A stretch of DNA of 64,000 nt from a virus: positions 1-64,000 of IMG/VR virus record IMGVR_UViG_3300018422_000002; one strand, written 5' to 3'. Position numbers and translations under genes: made by a program. Below the pieces are notes generated by a model. It had not been told where the DNA came from and searched no databases. It saw only the letters and a program-made list of their open reading frames with translations. Below are positions 23,960-32,016 of the stretch, one piece after another (within the stretch, counting starts at the first letter, position 1; the number at the start of each line of letters is the position of its first letter).

Positions 23960-24066
23960 GCCCCGCCGGACGACGCGTACCGTGCGTCTGGAGCTGCCCG
24001 TGCCTGTGTCACGATGGGTGGGGAGGTGCGCACCCGAACCGAGACTGTCGCGACCGAGGAGGTACC

Positions 24067-24282
24067 GTGAGTGAGAAGGACGAGCTGTACCGCGACCCGC
24101 CGCTGACCACCAGCGTGGACGACGTCGTGCACCGGCTGGATAGGTTGTTGGTCCGCGTCCGCGCGGGCGATCCCGGTCGTGCCACCGGCGGCCGGCGACC
24201 GATCGTGTTAGATCCCGCGCTGGTGGACGACCTGTACGACCGACTGCGCGACCTGCGCGACGCGCTCGAGGAGGCCCCGTGA
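24067..24282 (+). CDS. hypothetical protein
   Basis: GTG 24067 is preceded by GAGGAGG. An alternative coupled start is GTG 23956. Confidence 0.5.
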   Translation: MSEKDELYRDPPLTTSVDDVVHRLDRLLVRVRAGDPGRATGGRRPIVLDPALVDDLYDRLRDLRDALEEAP

Positions 24283-24566
24283 TGTTCAGCTCACGCGACG
24301 ACTACGAGCGGGTGATCAAGCTGCTGCTCGCCGCGCTCCACAGCTCGGCGTCCGCGTACGACACCACGCCGCTGCTGACGTACGACGAGGACGCCGACGG
24401 CAACCCACGTGTGACGTTCACCGACCGTCAGTTGACCCGGTCCGATCGCTACCGGCTGGACGTCACCCAGCGACCCGACGGACGTCACGCGCCCGCCGAG
24501 CTGGAACTGCGCCTACTGCCGGACGACGGCTGGGCTCCCGGCTACCTCGACGAGGAGGATCCGTGA
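24279..24566 (+). CDS. hypothetical protein
   Basis: 95 aa with a start/stop overlap. Confidence 0.6.
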   Translation: MMFSSRDDYERVIKLLLAALHSSASAYDTTPLLTYDEDADGNPRVTFTDRQLTRSDRYRLDVTQRPDGRHAPAELELRLLPDDGWAPGYLDEEDP

Positions 24567-24778
24567 CGAGTCCGCTACCGTCGTCTGGCGGTTCACCACT
24601 GACCGCGACGTCGCTGGAGTTCGAACGACCGCTGCTCGGCGTGGGTACGCTGCGGATGTCGCTGCACCTGGCGTCGGACGTGGACGTGCTGTACGTCCAG
24701 CGGCGCCTGCTGGAGGTCGTCGAGGAGCTCAACGACGGGTACCTAGCGCACCGTGCATGTGAGGAGGATAGATCGTGA
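24563..24778 (+). CDS. hypothetical protein
   Basis: 71 aa with a GTGA overlap. Confidence 0.55.
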   Translation: MTSPLPSSGGSPLTATSLEFERPLLGVGTLRMSLHLASDVDVLYVQRRLLEVVEELNDGYLAHRACEEDRS

Positions 24779-25323
24779 GCACCACCGTTACCGTGGGGCA
24801 CTTCCTGCTGGGCTTCGGCGCGTCCGTGACGTTCGTCTCGGCCGCGCTGAACATGGCCACGCACGACGGAACGGCCGTCCGCGCGATCGGTCGTGCCGTC
24901 AACGCCGTCGTGGGCCCGCTGACTCGGCCGGTCCGCGCGTTCCACCGGCGGCTGGGCGAGTCGCCGGTCGCGCGGTGCGCCCGGCAGAACGCGCACGTGC
25001 CGCGCTGGGACAACTACCACGAGCGCTGCGCGCGGTGCGGTCGGATGCTGCTCGACGTGGTCGTCGACGACGTGGGTACGGTGCGCGAGGAGTGGGTCTA
25101 CCGCGACGACCCACGGATCGTGCCCGAGCCGGTGTTGCCGCTGAGGTCGCCCTCGGGAGTAAGCACGCTCGCCGACGACCTCCGACGATCGTCGAACCGG
25201 TTCGTCGAGGCGTGGGTCGCCGAGGCGGGGCGCGCGCTCGACGAGGCGCGCTACGCACGACCGATCGAGTACGGTCGCCGGGTCGACCCGCTGCGACGTG
25301 TTCGGATCGATCGTGATCGCTAG
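24775..25323 (+). CDS. membrane protein with CAR..HVP...ERC.RCG zinc-ribbon (DUF1660-like)
   Basis: N-terminal hydrophobic helix. CARQNAHVPRWDNYHERCARCG. GAGGAGG upstream. Confidence 0.65.
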   Translation: MSTTVTVGHFLLGFGASVTFVSAALNMATHDGTAVRAIGRAVNAVVGPLTRPVRAFHRRLGESPVARCARQNAHVPRWDNYHERCARCGRMLLDVVVDDVGTVREEWVYRDDPRIVPEPVLPLRSPSGVSTLADDLRRSSNRFVEAWVAEAGRALDEARYARPIEYGRRVDPLRRVRIDRDR

Positions 25324-25330
25324 GAGGTAC

Positions 25331-25531
25331 ATGAACACCAAGAGCTGCCGGTGCGCGCCGGTGCGCGCCGGTCACCACCACGTGGGCACCAACTGGTACG
25401 AGCGTTGTCCCGAGCACGGGATCGGTACCGACTGGTTCGAGGAGCACATGCGCGAGCGTTACGAGTCGTTTCGGCGACGCGTCTTTCCGACGCTGCCCGC
25501 CAGCTGGACCGCCGAGGACGACCTCGTCTAG
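25331..25531 (+). CDS. small Cys/His-rich protein
   Basis: ATG is preceded by AGGAGG. 66 aa. Confidence 0.6.
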   Translation: MNTKSCRCAPVRAGHHHVGTNWYERCPEHGIGTDWFEEHMRERYESFRRRVFPTLPASWTAEDDLV

Positions 25532-25569
25532 GTCCCGAGAACGGTGACGACGAGCGGTAGCGTAGTCAC

Positions 25570-25779
25570 GTGACCGTCGTTACCCTGACCGCCGCTACCG
25601 ACGCCGGCAACAACACCGGCGTCCTCGTCCTCGTCCTCGTCGGACTCGCGCTCTGGCTCGGCCTACGCGTGATCGGTCGGCGGGCGCGCACGTGCGCTCG
25701 TCACGGACACGTGCCCGATCCCGACACGATCGGCAGCTGGAACGAGCGTTGTAGACGCTGTGGAGGAAGGATCTCGTAA
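25570..25779 (+). CDS. membrane protein with CAR..HVP...ERC.RCG zinc-ribbon (DUF1660-like)
   Basis: Hydrophobic helix VLVLVLVGLALWLGLRVI, then CARHGHVPDPDTIGSWNERCRRCG. Confidence 0.6.
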   Translation: MTVVTLTAATDAGNNTGVLVLVLVGLALWLGLRVIGRRARTCARHGHVPDPDTIGSWNERCRRCGGRIS

Positions 25780-25845
25780 ACGAGAGCGCGTCACACCTCG
25801 GCGTGTCCGACGCGGGTCCGTCACCGACGTGGTGACGACGTTCGA

Positions 25846-25857
25846 TATGATCTATCC
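25846..25857 (+). promoter_or_regulatory. TATGATCTATCC box (-10-like)
   Basis: 12-mer identical to 27731-27742. Intergenic, ~140 nt upstream of 25994. Confidence 0.45.
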
Positions 25858-25993
25858 GTCGCGCCGCCGTTCGATCGGAACTGAACCTCGACCGGTCGTC
25901 CTTCCCCTCGGCGGCGCGACGCGCCGGGGTCGCGGCGTGCGGTATCATCCCGCCGCACGCCGCGACCGACGATGATGATGATAGGAGCTCCAG

Positions 25994-26170
25994 GTGTTGA
26001 ACACCTTTCTTCGACAGACGATCGGAACCGAGGTGCCGTCGTGTAAGAAGGAGGACGGCAAGGTCGTCGAGAACTGCGGTAAGTGCAGCTGTAACGACTC
26101 GGGCGTATCGCACAGCTACAGCATGGGCGTCTGCGTGGGCTGCGGTAAGATCTCACCGGGTAACAGGTAG
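25994..26170 (+). CDS. small Cys-rich protein (CxxCxC ... CxxCGKI)
   Basis: 58-aa ORF, not in the track. GTG is preceded by AGGAG. Paralog of 26235..26405. Confidence 0.5.
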   Translation: MLNTFLRQTIGTEVPSCKKEDGKVVENCGKCSCNDSGVSHSYSMGVCVGCGKISPGNR

Positions 26171-26198
26171 GTCTCATCGCGACGTTACGTTGCGATCG

Positions 26199-26205
26199 TA
26201 TGATC
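26199..26205 (+). promoter_or_regulatory. TATGATC box
   Basis: Intergenic, 30 nt upstream of ATG 26235. Follows an imperfect hairpin at 26176-26196. Confidence 0.35.
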
Positions 26206-26234
26206 GAGACCTAGAAGAGCGAGTCTGACCACGT

Positions 26235-26405
26235 ATGTGTACTAGACGGTTCGACGACGGCCTTGACCCACCTCAGTGGGTCAGGGACGACTGCATGAGG
26301 TGCGACTGTTCCACGAGGCAGAGCAGCCAGTACGGGAACCACAGCCCCGGTACCGTCGACAAGGACGGTAACGTCTTCTGCGAGAGCTGCGGGAATAAGA
26401 TCTAG
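26235..26405 (+). CDS. small Cys-rich protein (CxxCxC ... CxxCGNKI)
   Basis: 56-aa ORF, not in the track. DCMRCDCS...FCESCGNKI. Confidence 0.5.
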   Translation: MCTRRFDDGLDPPQWVRDDCMRCDCSTRQSSQYGNHSPGTVDKDGNVFCESCGNKI

Positions 26406-26426
26406 GACCACCCAGGAGGATGACCG

Positions 26427-26993
26427 ATGACCGACGCCACCGACCTACCGTTCTTTCCGCCCGACGTCCGACCACGTCGCTGGCCGGTGACCAGCCACCC
26501 GACGCTCCACGGCTCGGGCGTCACGCGACTCGACTCGATGCAGGGCCAGGACCTGATCGTGATCCTGGACGGTCGACCCGGCGGTAACGCCGAGGGCTCG
26601 CCGCTGTGTCAACTGGGCATCCTCATGGACCCCGGTAAGGTGTCGACGCCGCACGTGCACGACGAGACGGACGTCTACGTCCGCCTCGAGGAGTGTGGAC
26701 CGCAGGGCGTCCTGACGCTGTACGGCGACGCCCTCGAGAACGAGGAGTGGCTCTTCGCCGGTGGGACGCTCTGGCTGCCACCCGGCGTGCCACACGTCGC
26801 CGTCTACCCTCGGCTTCACGACGCACCGACCGCCGTCGGGATCGAGACGCGCACGACGCCGGACCCGTTCGCGGACGTCCGGCCGCTGCCCGAGTTGTGG
26901 GGCTCGCTGGCACGTAACCTGAACGTGCTGTCGTTGTACGACCACGTCGACGCACCGCCGGCCGCCGGTGACGCGTGGCAGGTGCGTGCGTGA
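26427..26993 (+). CDS. cupin-domain protein
   Basis: 188 aa. GKVSTPHVHDETDVYV and GGTLWLPPGVPHVAVY approximate the two cupin motifs. AGGAGG upstream. Confidence 0.65.
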   Translation: MTDATDLPFFPPDVRPRRWPVTSHPTLHGSGVTRLDSMQGQDLIVILDGRPGGNAEGSPLCQLGILMDPGKVSTPHVHDETDVYVRLEECGPQGVLTLYGDALENEEWLFAGGTLWLPPGVPHVAVYPRLHDAPTAVGIETRTTPDPFADVRPLPELWGSLARNLNVLSLYDHVDAPPAAGDAWQVRA

Positions 26994-27226
26994 TCACCGC
27001 GACGTTGTTCCAGCTGCTGGGGGTCGTCGTCGGTGCACTGGTGTGCACCGGCGTCGTCGCGCTGGGGCTGACGTGGTTGTCGAGCCTCGACGAGTTCGTG
27101 GCACGACCGAACCACGACCTAACCGGTCTCGTGTACGAGGCGCTCAACTACGGAGGTTACCTGTTCGTGTGTCTCGGCGCGGCGGGATTGCTCGGCGTCG
27201 CACGTAGGTTGGCGGTGTGGCTCTAG
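26990..27226 (+). CDS. multi-pass small membrane protein
   Basis: GTG 26990 in a GTGA overlap. Three hydrophobic segments. Confidence 0.6.
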   Translation: MITATLFQLLGVVVGALVCTGVVALGLTWLSSLDEFVARPNHDLTGLVYEALNYGGYLFVCLGAAGLLGVARRLAVWL

Positions 27227-27633
27227 GACGTCACGTCGTCGCAGCCGCCACTGATCTGCCTAACCTCGTCGGTACCGTCCGTGTAGTGGATCGTCGCCGT
27301 GCACGTGGTCGTGTCCACGTCCAGCGCGGCGACTCCTCGACGGGACAGCCCGAGCCGCGCGGCGCGCTCGAGGCTGAGCTGTCGGTCCAGCGCGTCGATG
27401 TCGCGTCGAAGGTCGCGGATCTTAACGTTGAGCTCCGACAGCTCGGCGTCGTGGTCACGGTTGAGCCGCTCGATCGCCGCCGCGTGAAGCCGGTCCTGCC
27501 GGTCCAACGCGGCGGCGTGTGCGGCCTCGACGCGCGACTCACGACGGATCAGGATCACGATGATGACGACCAGTAGACCACCGACGCCCCAGCTGGGTGC
27601 GTACTGTAGGACGGCGGGTAAGATCGTGTCCAC
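27223..27633 (-). CDS. N-terminally anchored coiled-coil membrane protein (opposite strand)
   Basis: 136 aa. GTG is preceded by GGAGG. TM segment WGVGGLLVVIIVILI, heptad-like D/R/L-rich middle, two C-terminal Cys. Confidence 0.7.
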   Translation of the reverse strand: MDTILPAVLQYAPSWGVGGLLVVIIVILIRRESRVEAAHAAALDRQDRLHAAAIERLNRDHDAELSELNVKIRDLRRDIDALDRQLSLERAARLGLSRRGVAALDVDTTTCTATIHYTDGTDEVRQISGGCDDVTS

Positions 27634-27730
27634 GACACCTCCGATCGCTCGTCACGAGGGTCGCGACGTCGTCAGTCTGTCAAACGGACCGTGTGATCGT
27701 GTTCGTCACAATGACGACGATGCGTCGTAG

Positions 27731-27742
27731 TATGATCTATCC
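27731..27742 (+). promoter_or_regulatory. TATGATCTATCC box (-10-like)
   Basis: Identical to 25846-25857. Lies in the divergent intergenic region, 52 nt upstream of GTG 27794. Confidence 0.45.
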
Positions 27743-27793
27743 AGCAACGACGACCGACGACCTGCCACCGGTCGAGATGACCAAGGGGAACGA

Positions 27794-28063
27794 GTGACCG
27801 ACGACCGCTACGACGGGGATGACGCCGACGAGCACGCACGTACGCACCCACCGACGTGGTCCGACCGCGTGACGACGCTGCGCTACACGCTGTGGCCGAC
27901 GCTCTACGTGGACGAGCACAGCGACACGTCCGACCTACTGTGGCAGCAGGTGCTCGAGCAGCGGGGGATCCGCAGCTGGCTCGCTGCGCTCACCGTCGTG
28001 CTTCTCGCCGTCGGTGCGCTGCTGCTCGCCGGACTGGTCGTGCTCGTCGCGCTGGTCCGCTGA
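27794..28063 (+). CDS. C-terminally anchored membrane protein
   Basis: 89 aa. AAGGGGAA upstream. C-terminal hydrophobic stretch. Confidence 0.6.
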   Translation: MTDDRYDGDDADEHARTHPPTWSDRVTTLRYTLWPTLYVDEHSDTSDLLWQQVLEQRGIRSWLAALTVVLLAVGALLLAGLVVLVALVR

Positions 28064-28078
28064 CCTAGGAGGAACGAC

Positions 28079-28288
28079 ATGAGGACCACGATCGTGGCGC
28101 TCGTCGCGCTCGCGGCCACCGTCGCGCTGTGCGCGCGACTGCTGCGTGAGCTCGCCGAGGCCGCGCACGGCGACGTACCGACCGTGCTCGACGACGTCGA
28201 GGAACCGGACGACGTGAGGTCGTACGCCTCGCCGTCGCACGGCTACCTGCCGACCGAGGCCGACGTGCTGAGCGGACGAGTAGTGTGA
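28079..28288 (+). CDS. N-terminally anchored small protein
   Basis: 69 aa. GGAGGAA upstream. Confidence 0.6.
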   Translation: MRTTIVALVALAATVALCARLLRELAEAAHGDVPTVLDDVEEPDDVRSYASPSHGYLPTEADVLSGRVV

Positions 28289-28476
28289 TTCCCGAGTACC
28301 AACGCGGTGTGACGCTGGCGGGCTACGACCAGGCGTACGAGGTGCAGCAGCGACGACGTGCCGTGTTGGCCGTCTGCTGGCTCGCCCAGGACGCCGACGA
28401 CGCCGATCACGTACTGGAGGTACTCGGACTGCGACCGCACGAGGGACGACCGACGAGGGACGACCGATGTTCGTGA
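28285..28476 (+). CDS. hypothetical protein
   Basis: 63 aa with a GTGA overlap. Confidence 0.55.
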   Translation: MIPEYQRGVTLAGYDQAYEVQQRRRAVLAVCWLAQDADDADHVLEVLGLRPHEGRPTRDDRCS

Positions 28477-29072
28477 CCAGGGAGACGCTCGAGCAGCTCG
28501 ACGCGTGCGACGACTACCGCGACGCGTTCGACGTCCTGTTTCCGAACGGTGCGCTCGTCACGCCCGAACTCTGCGTGAAACACAGCGACAGCTTCCAGTG
28601 GGGGTGGGCCGTCGAGGAGCTGCTGTCCAGCGACGGGCAGCGTAGGTTCTGGCAGGCGTTCAGCCCAGAGACCGACGCCGAGGTAGCCGTGCTCGACCGA
28701 CGTCGTGACAGGATCAACGAGGACTGGCGGACGTTCGTCACCGAGTGGTCCGCCCACCACGGCATCGACGCGAGTCGCATGTACTGGCGAGAGTCAGCCA
28801 CGTCAGGTGCGACTCACGAGTACGACCAGCAACTTAGGAGGCGACGCCACGCGGGTGCGCTCATCGAGCGAGACCTCACGAGGATCCGCGCCCAGCTCTT
28901 CGGCGAGCTGGCCGGTACCTACGAGGCCAACCGTGTGCGCTGGGCGACCGAGGAGACGCGGCTCGACGACATCTACGACACCGAGGCGTACCTGACCACC
29001 GAGACACCGACGACGGCACCGACGCCGCCGTCCGACCAAGAGAAGAACGAACAAGGAGAGTTGACCACATGA
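28467..29072 (+). CDS. TL..L.AC..Y / F.W.WA.E..LSS.G family protein (paralog a)
   Basis: 201 aa. The N-terminal ~65 aa aligns with 29069..29974. Confidence 0.7.
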   Translation: MFVTRETLEQLDACDDYRDAFDVLFPNGALVTPELCVKHSDSFQWGWAVEELLSSDGQRRFWQAFSPETDAEVAVLDRRRDRINEDWRTFVTEWSAHHGIDASRMYWRESATSGATHEYDQQLRRRRHAGALIERDLTRIRAQLFGELAGTYEANRVRWATEETRLDDIYDTEAYLTTETPTTAPTPPSDQEKNEQGELTT

Positions 29073-29974
29073 GAATGACGCAGGACACACTCGCGAACCT
29101 CAATGCGTGTGGGACGTACCTGAACGTGTTTCGTAGCGAGTTCCCCGAGACGGACGAGCGGTACGTCGACGGCGTCGAGATGACCGCCGAGGTCTGCGAG
29201 TCCCGCTACGACAAGTTCGACTGGTCCTGGGCGTCCGAGATCATCCTGTCCTCGGAGGGCAACGCCGAGTGGAACAAGTTGACCCGGACGCGCAACAAGG
29301 GCATGACCGACATCCGCAAGGAGCAGGACGAGGCTCGCGAGGCGCACGACGCGACGATCAAGGCGTGGCAGACGAAGCACGAGCAGCCGTACGACTACCC
29401 GTCCAGCAGCGCGACGCGCGCTGCTCACGACGAGTGGAACGAGCTTCAGCGGTCGTGGTCCAAGGTCGAGGCGGAGTTCGAGGACCGGCGCAGCAAGCTG
29501 CGTGCGACGTCGTTCGGTCAGCTCGCCCAGGACGACAAGAACCTCTCCCAGCGGTACCACGACGCCGTCAAGCTCGGGATCACGCGACGTTACCAGCGCC
29601 GTCGTGAGGAGCTCACGCTCGTGGAGCGTGAGCTGGAGAACGTCCTGTACGGCATCCGTGAGAACGAGTCGCGCGTCGTCCGGCATCAGCGCGAGGTGGA
29701 CCGGCTTACCGAGCAGCGGCCGGCCATCGAGGAGCGACTGACACGGCAGCGCGCCACGTTCGCGAGGTTCGAGGTCGAGCACACCAAGGAAGAGGCCGAG
29801 CGTACCGCCCGCGAGGCACAGCTCGCCGCCGAGCGCGCCGCGCAGGCGGCCAAGACGGCGCAGGACCGGATCGCCGAGATCGAGGCGAAGGCCGAGGCGG
29901 CCGTCCAGGCCGTCGCCGCGCTGGACGCGAAGGCGACCGCGACCGCGACCGACGACGCCCAGGTCACCGCGTAG
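29069..29974 (+). CDS. TL..L.AC..Y / F.W.WA.E..LSS.G family protein with long coiled-coil tail (paralog b)
   Basis: 301 aa. ATGA overlap. C-terminal E/R/A-rich coiled coil. Confidence 0.7.
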   Translation: MRMTQDTLANLNACGTYLNVFRSEFPETDERYVDGVEMTAEVCESRYDKFDWSWASEIILSSEGNAEWNKLTRTRNKGMTDIRKEQDEAREAHDATIKAWQTKHEQPYDYPSSSATRAAHDEWNELQRSWSKVEAEFEDRRSKLRATSFGQLAQDDKNLSQRYHDAVKLGITRRYQRRREELTLVERELENVLYGIRENESRVVRHQREVDRLTEQRPAIEERLTRQRATFARFEVEHTKEEAERTAREAQLAAERAAQAAKTAQDRIAEIEAKAEAAVQAVAALDAKATATATDDAQVTA

Positions 29975-29975
29975 C

Positions 29976-30305
29976 GTGTTCGGACGAGCACGTCGCGGCA
30001 ACCCGCTCGACGTAGACGCGTCCCGGTTTCGGCAGCCCAGCCGGGACCGGGACGCGTCGTCGGGTAAGCAGGAGTTCACGGTCACGTGCGACGTCGGTGG
30101 CTTCGGTTCGGTTAAGATACCTTGGCTGGGGGTCGACGAGGTCGATGCCGGTAACAGCTTTCTCGACTACCTATTCGACGACGAGGCGTACGGTGACGTC
30201 GAGGGTCGGCACCCGAACATACGAATGTTGTACGTTCGGTTCAACGGTCAACCGAAGCTACTTACGTTCCGAACCGACTGGATCGCGGGCTTCACGGTAC
30301 ACTAG
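29976..30305 (+). CDS. hypothetical protein
   Basis: 109-aa ORF. GTG lies 1 nt after the upstream stop. Confidence 0.55.
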   Translation: MFGRARRGNPLDVDASRFRQPSRDRDASSGKQEFTVTCDVGGFGSVKIPWLGVDEVDAGNSFLDYLFDDEAYGDVEGRHPNIRMLYVRFNGQPKLLTFRTDWIAGFTVH

Positions 30306-30316
30306 GAGGAGACGTC

Positions 30317-30514
30317 GTGGCCGATGACCACGTCGACGTACGGATCACCGGCACCGAGGAGCAGATACTCGGGGTCGAGAAGACGCTCGGAACGGACACG
30401 ATCTACAAGCTGGCCCAGGCCGCCCGCACACACGACGTCATGATCTCGATCACCGTCACGCCGTACGCGGACGACGTACCGGAGGAGACGGATCGTGGTC
30501 CAGACGAGCGCTAA
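30317..30514 (+). CDS. hypothetical protein
   Basis: 65 aa. AGGAGGAG upstream. Confidence 0.6.
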   Translation: MADDHVDVRITGTEEQILGVEKTLGTDTIYKLAQAARTHDVMISITVTPYADDVPEETDRGPDER

Positions 30515-30650
30515 ACCCACGGTACTACGACGCGTCGTCCGAACGTTGCTACTGACGTTCACGACGGTCGTGGTCGCGCCGCTGGTGCTGCTCGGCGCGT
30601 CGCTGCTGGGATTGTACGCCGTCCAGCTCATCTGCGAGCTGCTCGACTGA
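30495..30650 (+). CDS. small membrane protein
   Basis: 51-aa ORF, not in the track. GGAGGAG upstream. Hydrophobic core TVVVAPLVLLGASLLGLYAV. Confidence 0.45.
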   Translation: MVQTSAKPTVLRRVVRTLLLTFTTVVVAPLVLLGASLLGLYAVQLICELLD

Positions 30651-30682
30651 CGTAGTTGACCGACCTACCGACCGGAGTCACG

Positions 30683-31090
30683 ATGCCAAAGATTCGACTA
30701 GCCCCACTACCTGCCGACGACGTCCCGATCTGGGATGCGCTGGTCGCCGAGCTCGGCGACCCACGACCCTACGAACCGACCGAGGTCGGTACCGTCACCG
30801 TCACCGACGAGCCGTGCGTCGACGACGGCGGCTTCGACGACGCGTTGACCGACCTCGACGACGAGGTCGAGCGGTTCTGTCACTACGCCGATGAGCTCAC
30901 CTTCGACGCGAGCAACGAGCTCGACGACCTCGTCGCCGAGTTTCAGCTCAAGCACGGCATCGTCGTGCTTGAGCGCCTCGTCACCTCGACCGTCGGCGAC
31001 GCCACGATCATGGCACCGGCGCTCGGCGTCCTCGACCAGCTGAACCACCCGATCGACCAGACCCAGGAGCTTCCGAGATGGCCGTCCTGA
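30683..31090 (+). CDS. acidic hypothetical protein
   Basis: ORF 30656..31090 trimmed to ATG 30683, which is preceded by GGAG. Confidence 0.6.
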   Translation: MPKIRLAPLPADDVPIWDALVAELGDPRPYEPTEVGTVTVTDEPCVDDGGFDDALTDLDDEVERFCHYADELTFDASNELDDLVAEFQLKHGIVVLERLVTSTVGDATIMAPALGVLDQLNHPIDQTQELPRWPS

Positions 31091-31341
31091 TCGTCCTCGC
31101 GTTCGTTATCAGCGTCGCCATCGGCGCCGTCGTCCAGGTGCTGTCCGACCAGTACCCACGCGGTCGGACGTCGCCTCGCGATCGACTGCTACGAAACAAC
31201 CCGGCGCTGGTCGGACGCGACGTCCGCTGGACGCGCGCCGCGCGTCGCGTTCGGTTCGGTCGACTGACCGCGTTGGCGGTCAGCGTCGCGCTGTACGTCG
31301 CGTTCCAACGTCCGGCTACGCCGACCGTCGACGCTAGATGA
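31078..31341 (+). CDS. small membrane protein
   Basis: 87 aa with two hydrophobic segments. Confidence 0.6.
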   Translation: MAVLIVLAFVISVAIGAVVQVLSDQYPRGRTSPRDRLLRNNPALVGRDVRWTRAARRVRFGRLTALAVSVALYVAFQRPATPTVDAR

Positions 31342-31408
31342 TCTTGAACGTCGTGCCGACGACGACTACGATCGTCGTAGTTGATCATCGACACGAGGGA
31401 CGGGATCG

Positions 31409-31606
31409 TTGACAGATGACTTTGACGTTGATGAACTTGACGGTACCGGCGCGATCGAGCCGAGCGCGAGTCAGCGTGGATCGGCGAGGGTGCTCTACAG
31501 CACGTTCGTGGCGTTAGTTCAGGCTGGGTTTACCGACGAGCAGGCACTCGCCGTCGTCGTCGGTATGATCCACTCGGTGGACGACGTGATCGACACCGAG
31601 CGGTAG
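31409..31606 (+). CDS. hypothetical protein
   Basis: 65-aa ORF with a TTG start. Contains a TATGAT box near its 3' end (31564-31569). Confidence 0.5.
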   Translation: MTDDFDVDELDGTGAIEPSASQRGSARVLYSTFVALVQAGFTDEQALAVVVGMIHSVDDVIDTER

Positions 31607-31612
31607 ATGACC

Positions 31613-31734
31613 TGCGCTGGACGCGTCAAGCCGTGCCGACAACCTGACATTGAGACACGGTAAGGCCGTTCGGAGGGATTCGTATGTCGGTATTCTTGCC
31701 CTCTGACATGAACGCGTCCTGCGCGTCCAGCGCA
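31613..31734 (+). ncRNA. structured element copy A (three-helix candidate RNA, or a packaging-region DNA structure)
   Basis: 13-bp closing stem 31613-31625/31722-31734. P2 is 31631-31635/31656-31660. P3 is 31670-31677/31699-31706. Shares sequence blocks and helix geometry with copy B. Confidence 0.45.
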
Positions 31735-31910
31735 CCTACCACCGCGTGATCGTCACCAGATCGATGACGCGTACTGCTATGATTATCTCATAACAACAGA
31801 ACGACGTCGGACCGCCGATGCGCGAGGTACCCCCAGCTCGTGCGTCGGTTCGTCGGCCGCAGACGGCCTCGTAACCTGGCAGGGCGAGGCGGTCACCCCG
31901 GCGGTCGACC

Positions 31911-31993
31911 GCGTCTCATCGTCTAAGCGAAGGACGGCGACCAGGGACCGCAGCCTGGTCGACGGTCTGGGGCTCGAGGCCCCAGTGAGACGC
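31911..31993 (+). ncRNA. structured element D
   Basis: 8-bp stem GCGTCTCA/TGAGACGC encloses two 7-bp hairpins (GACCAGG/CCTGGTC and CTGGGGC/GCCCCAG). Lies directly upstream of the RBS of 32017. Confidence 0.35.
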
Positions 31994-32016
31994 ACCTAAC
32001 GTGAAGGAGCAGTGAG

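Noticed and set aside
23956-24066. Extending gene 24067-24282 to the coupled GTG at 23956
   Set aside because: It is possible, since there is a GTGA overlap. However, the added 37 codons have weaker G/C3 bias, and a strong GAGGAGG precedes GTG 24067. It is kept as an alternative in the feature evidence.
28973-30085. 370-aa minus-strand ORF
   Set aside because: It lies antisense to the paralog gene 29069-29974. It is an L/R/G/D-rich shadow ORF, and the plus-strand genes have RBSs and coupling.
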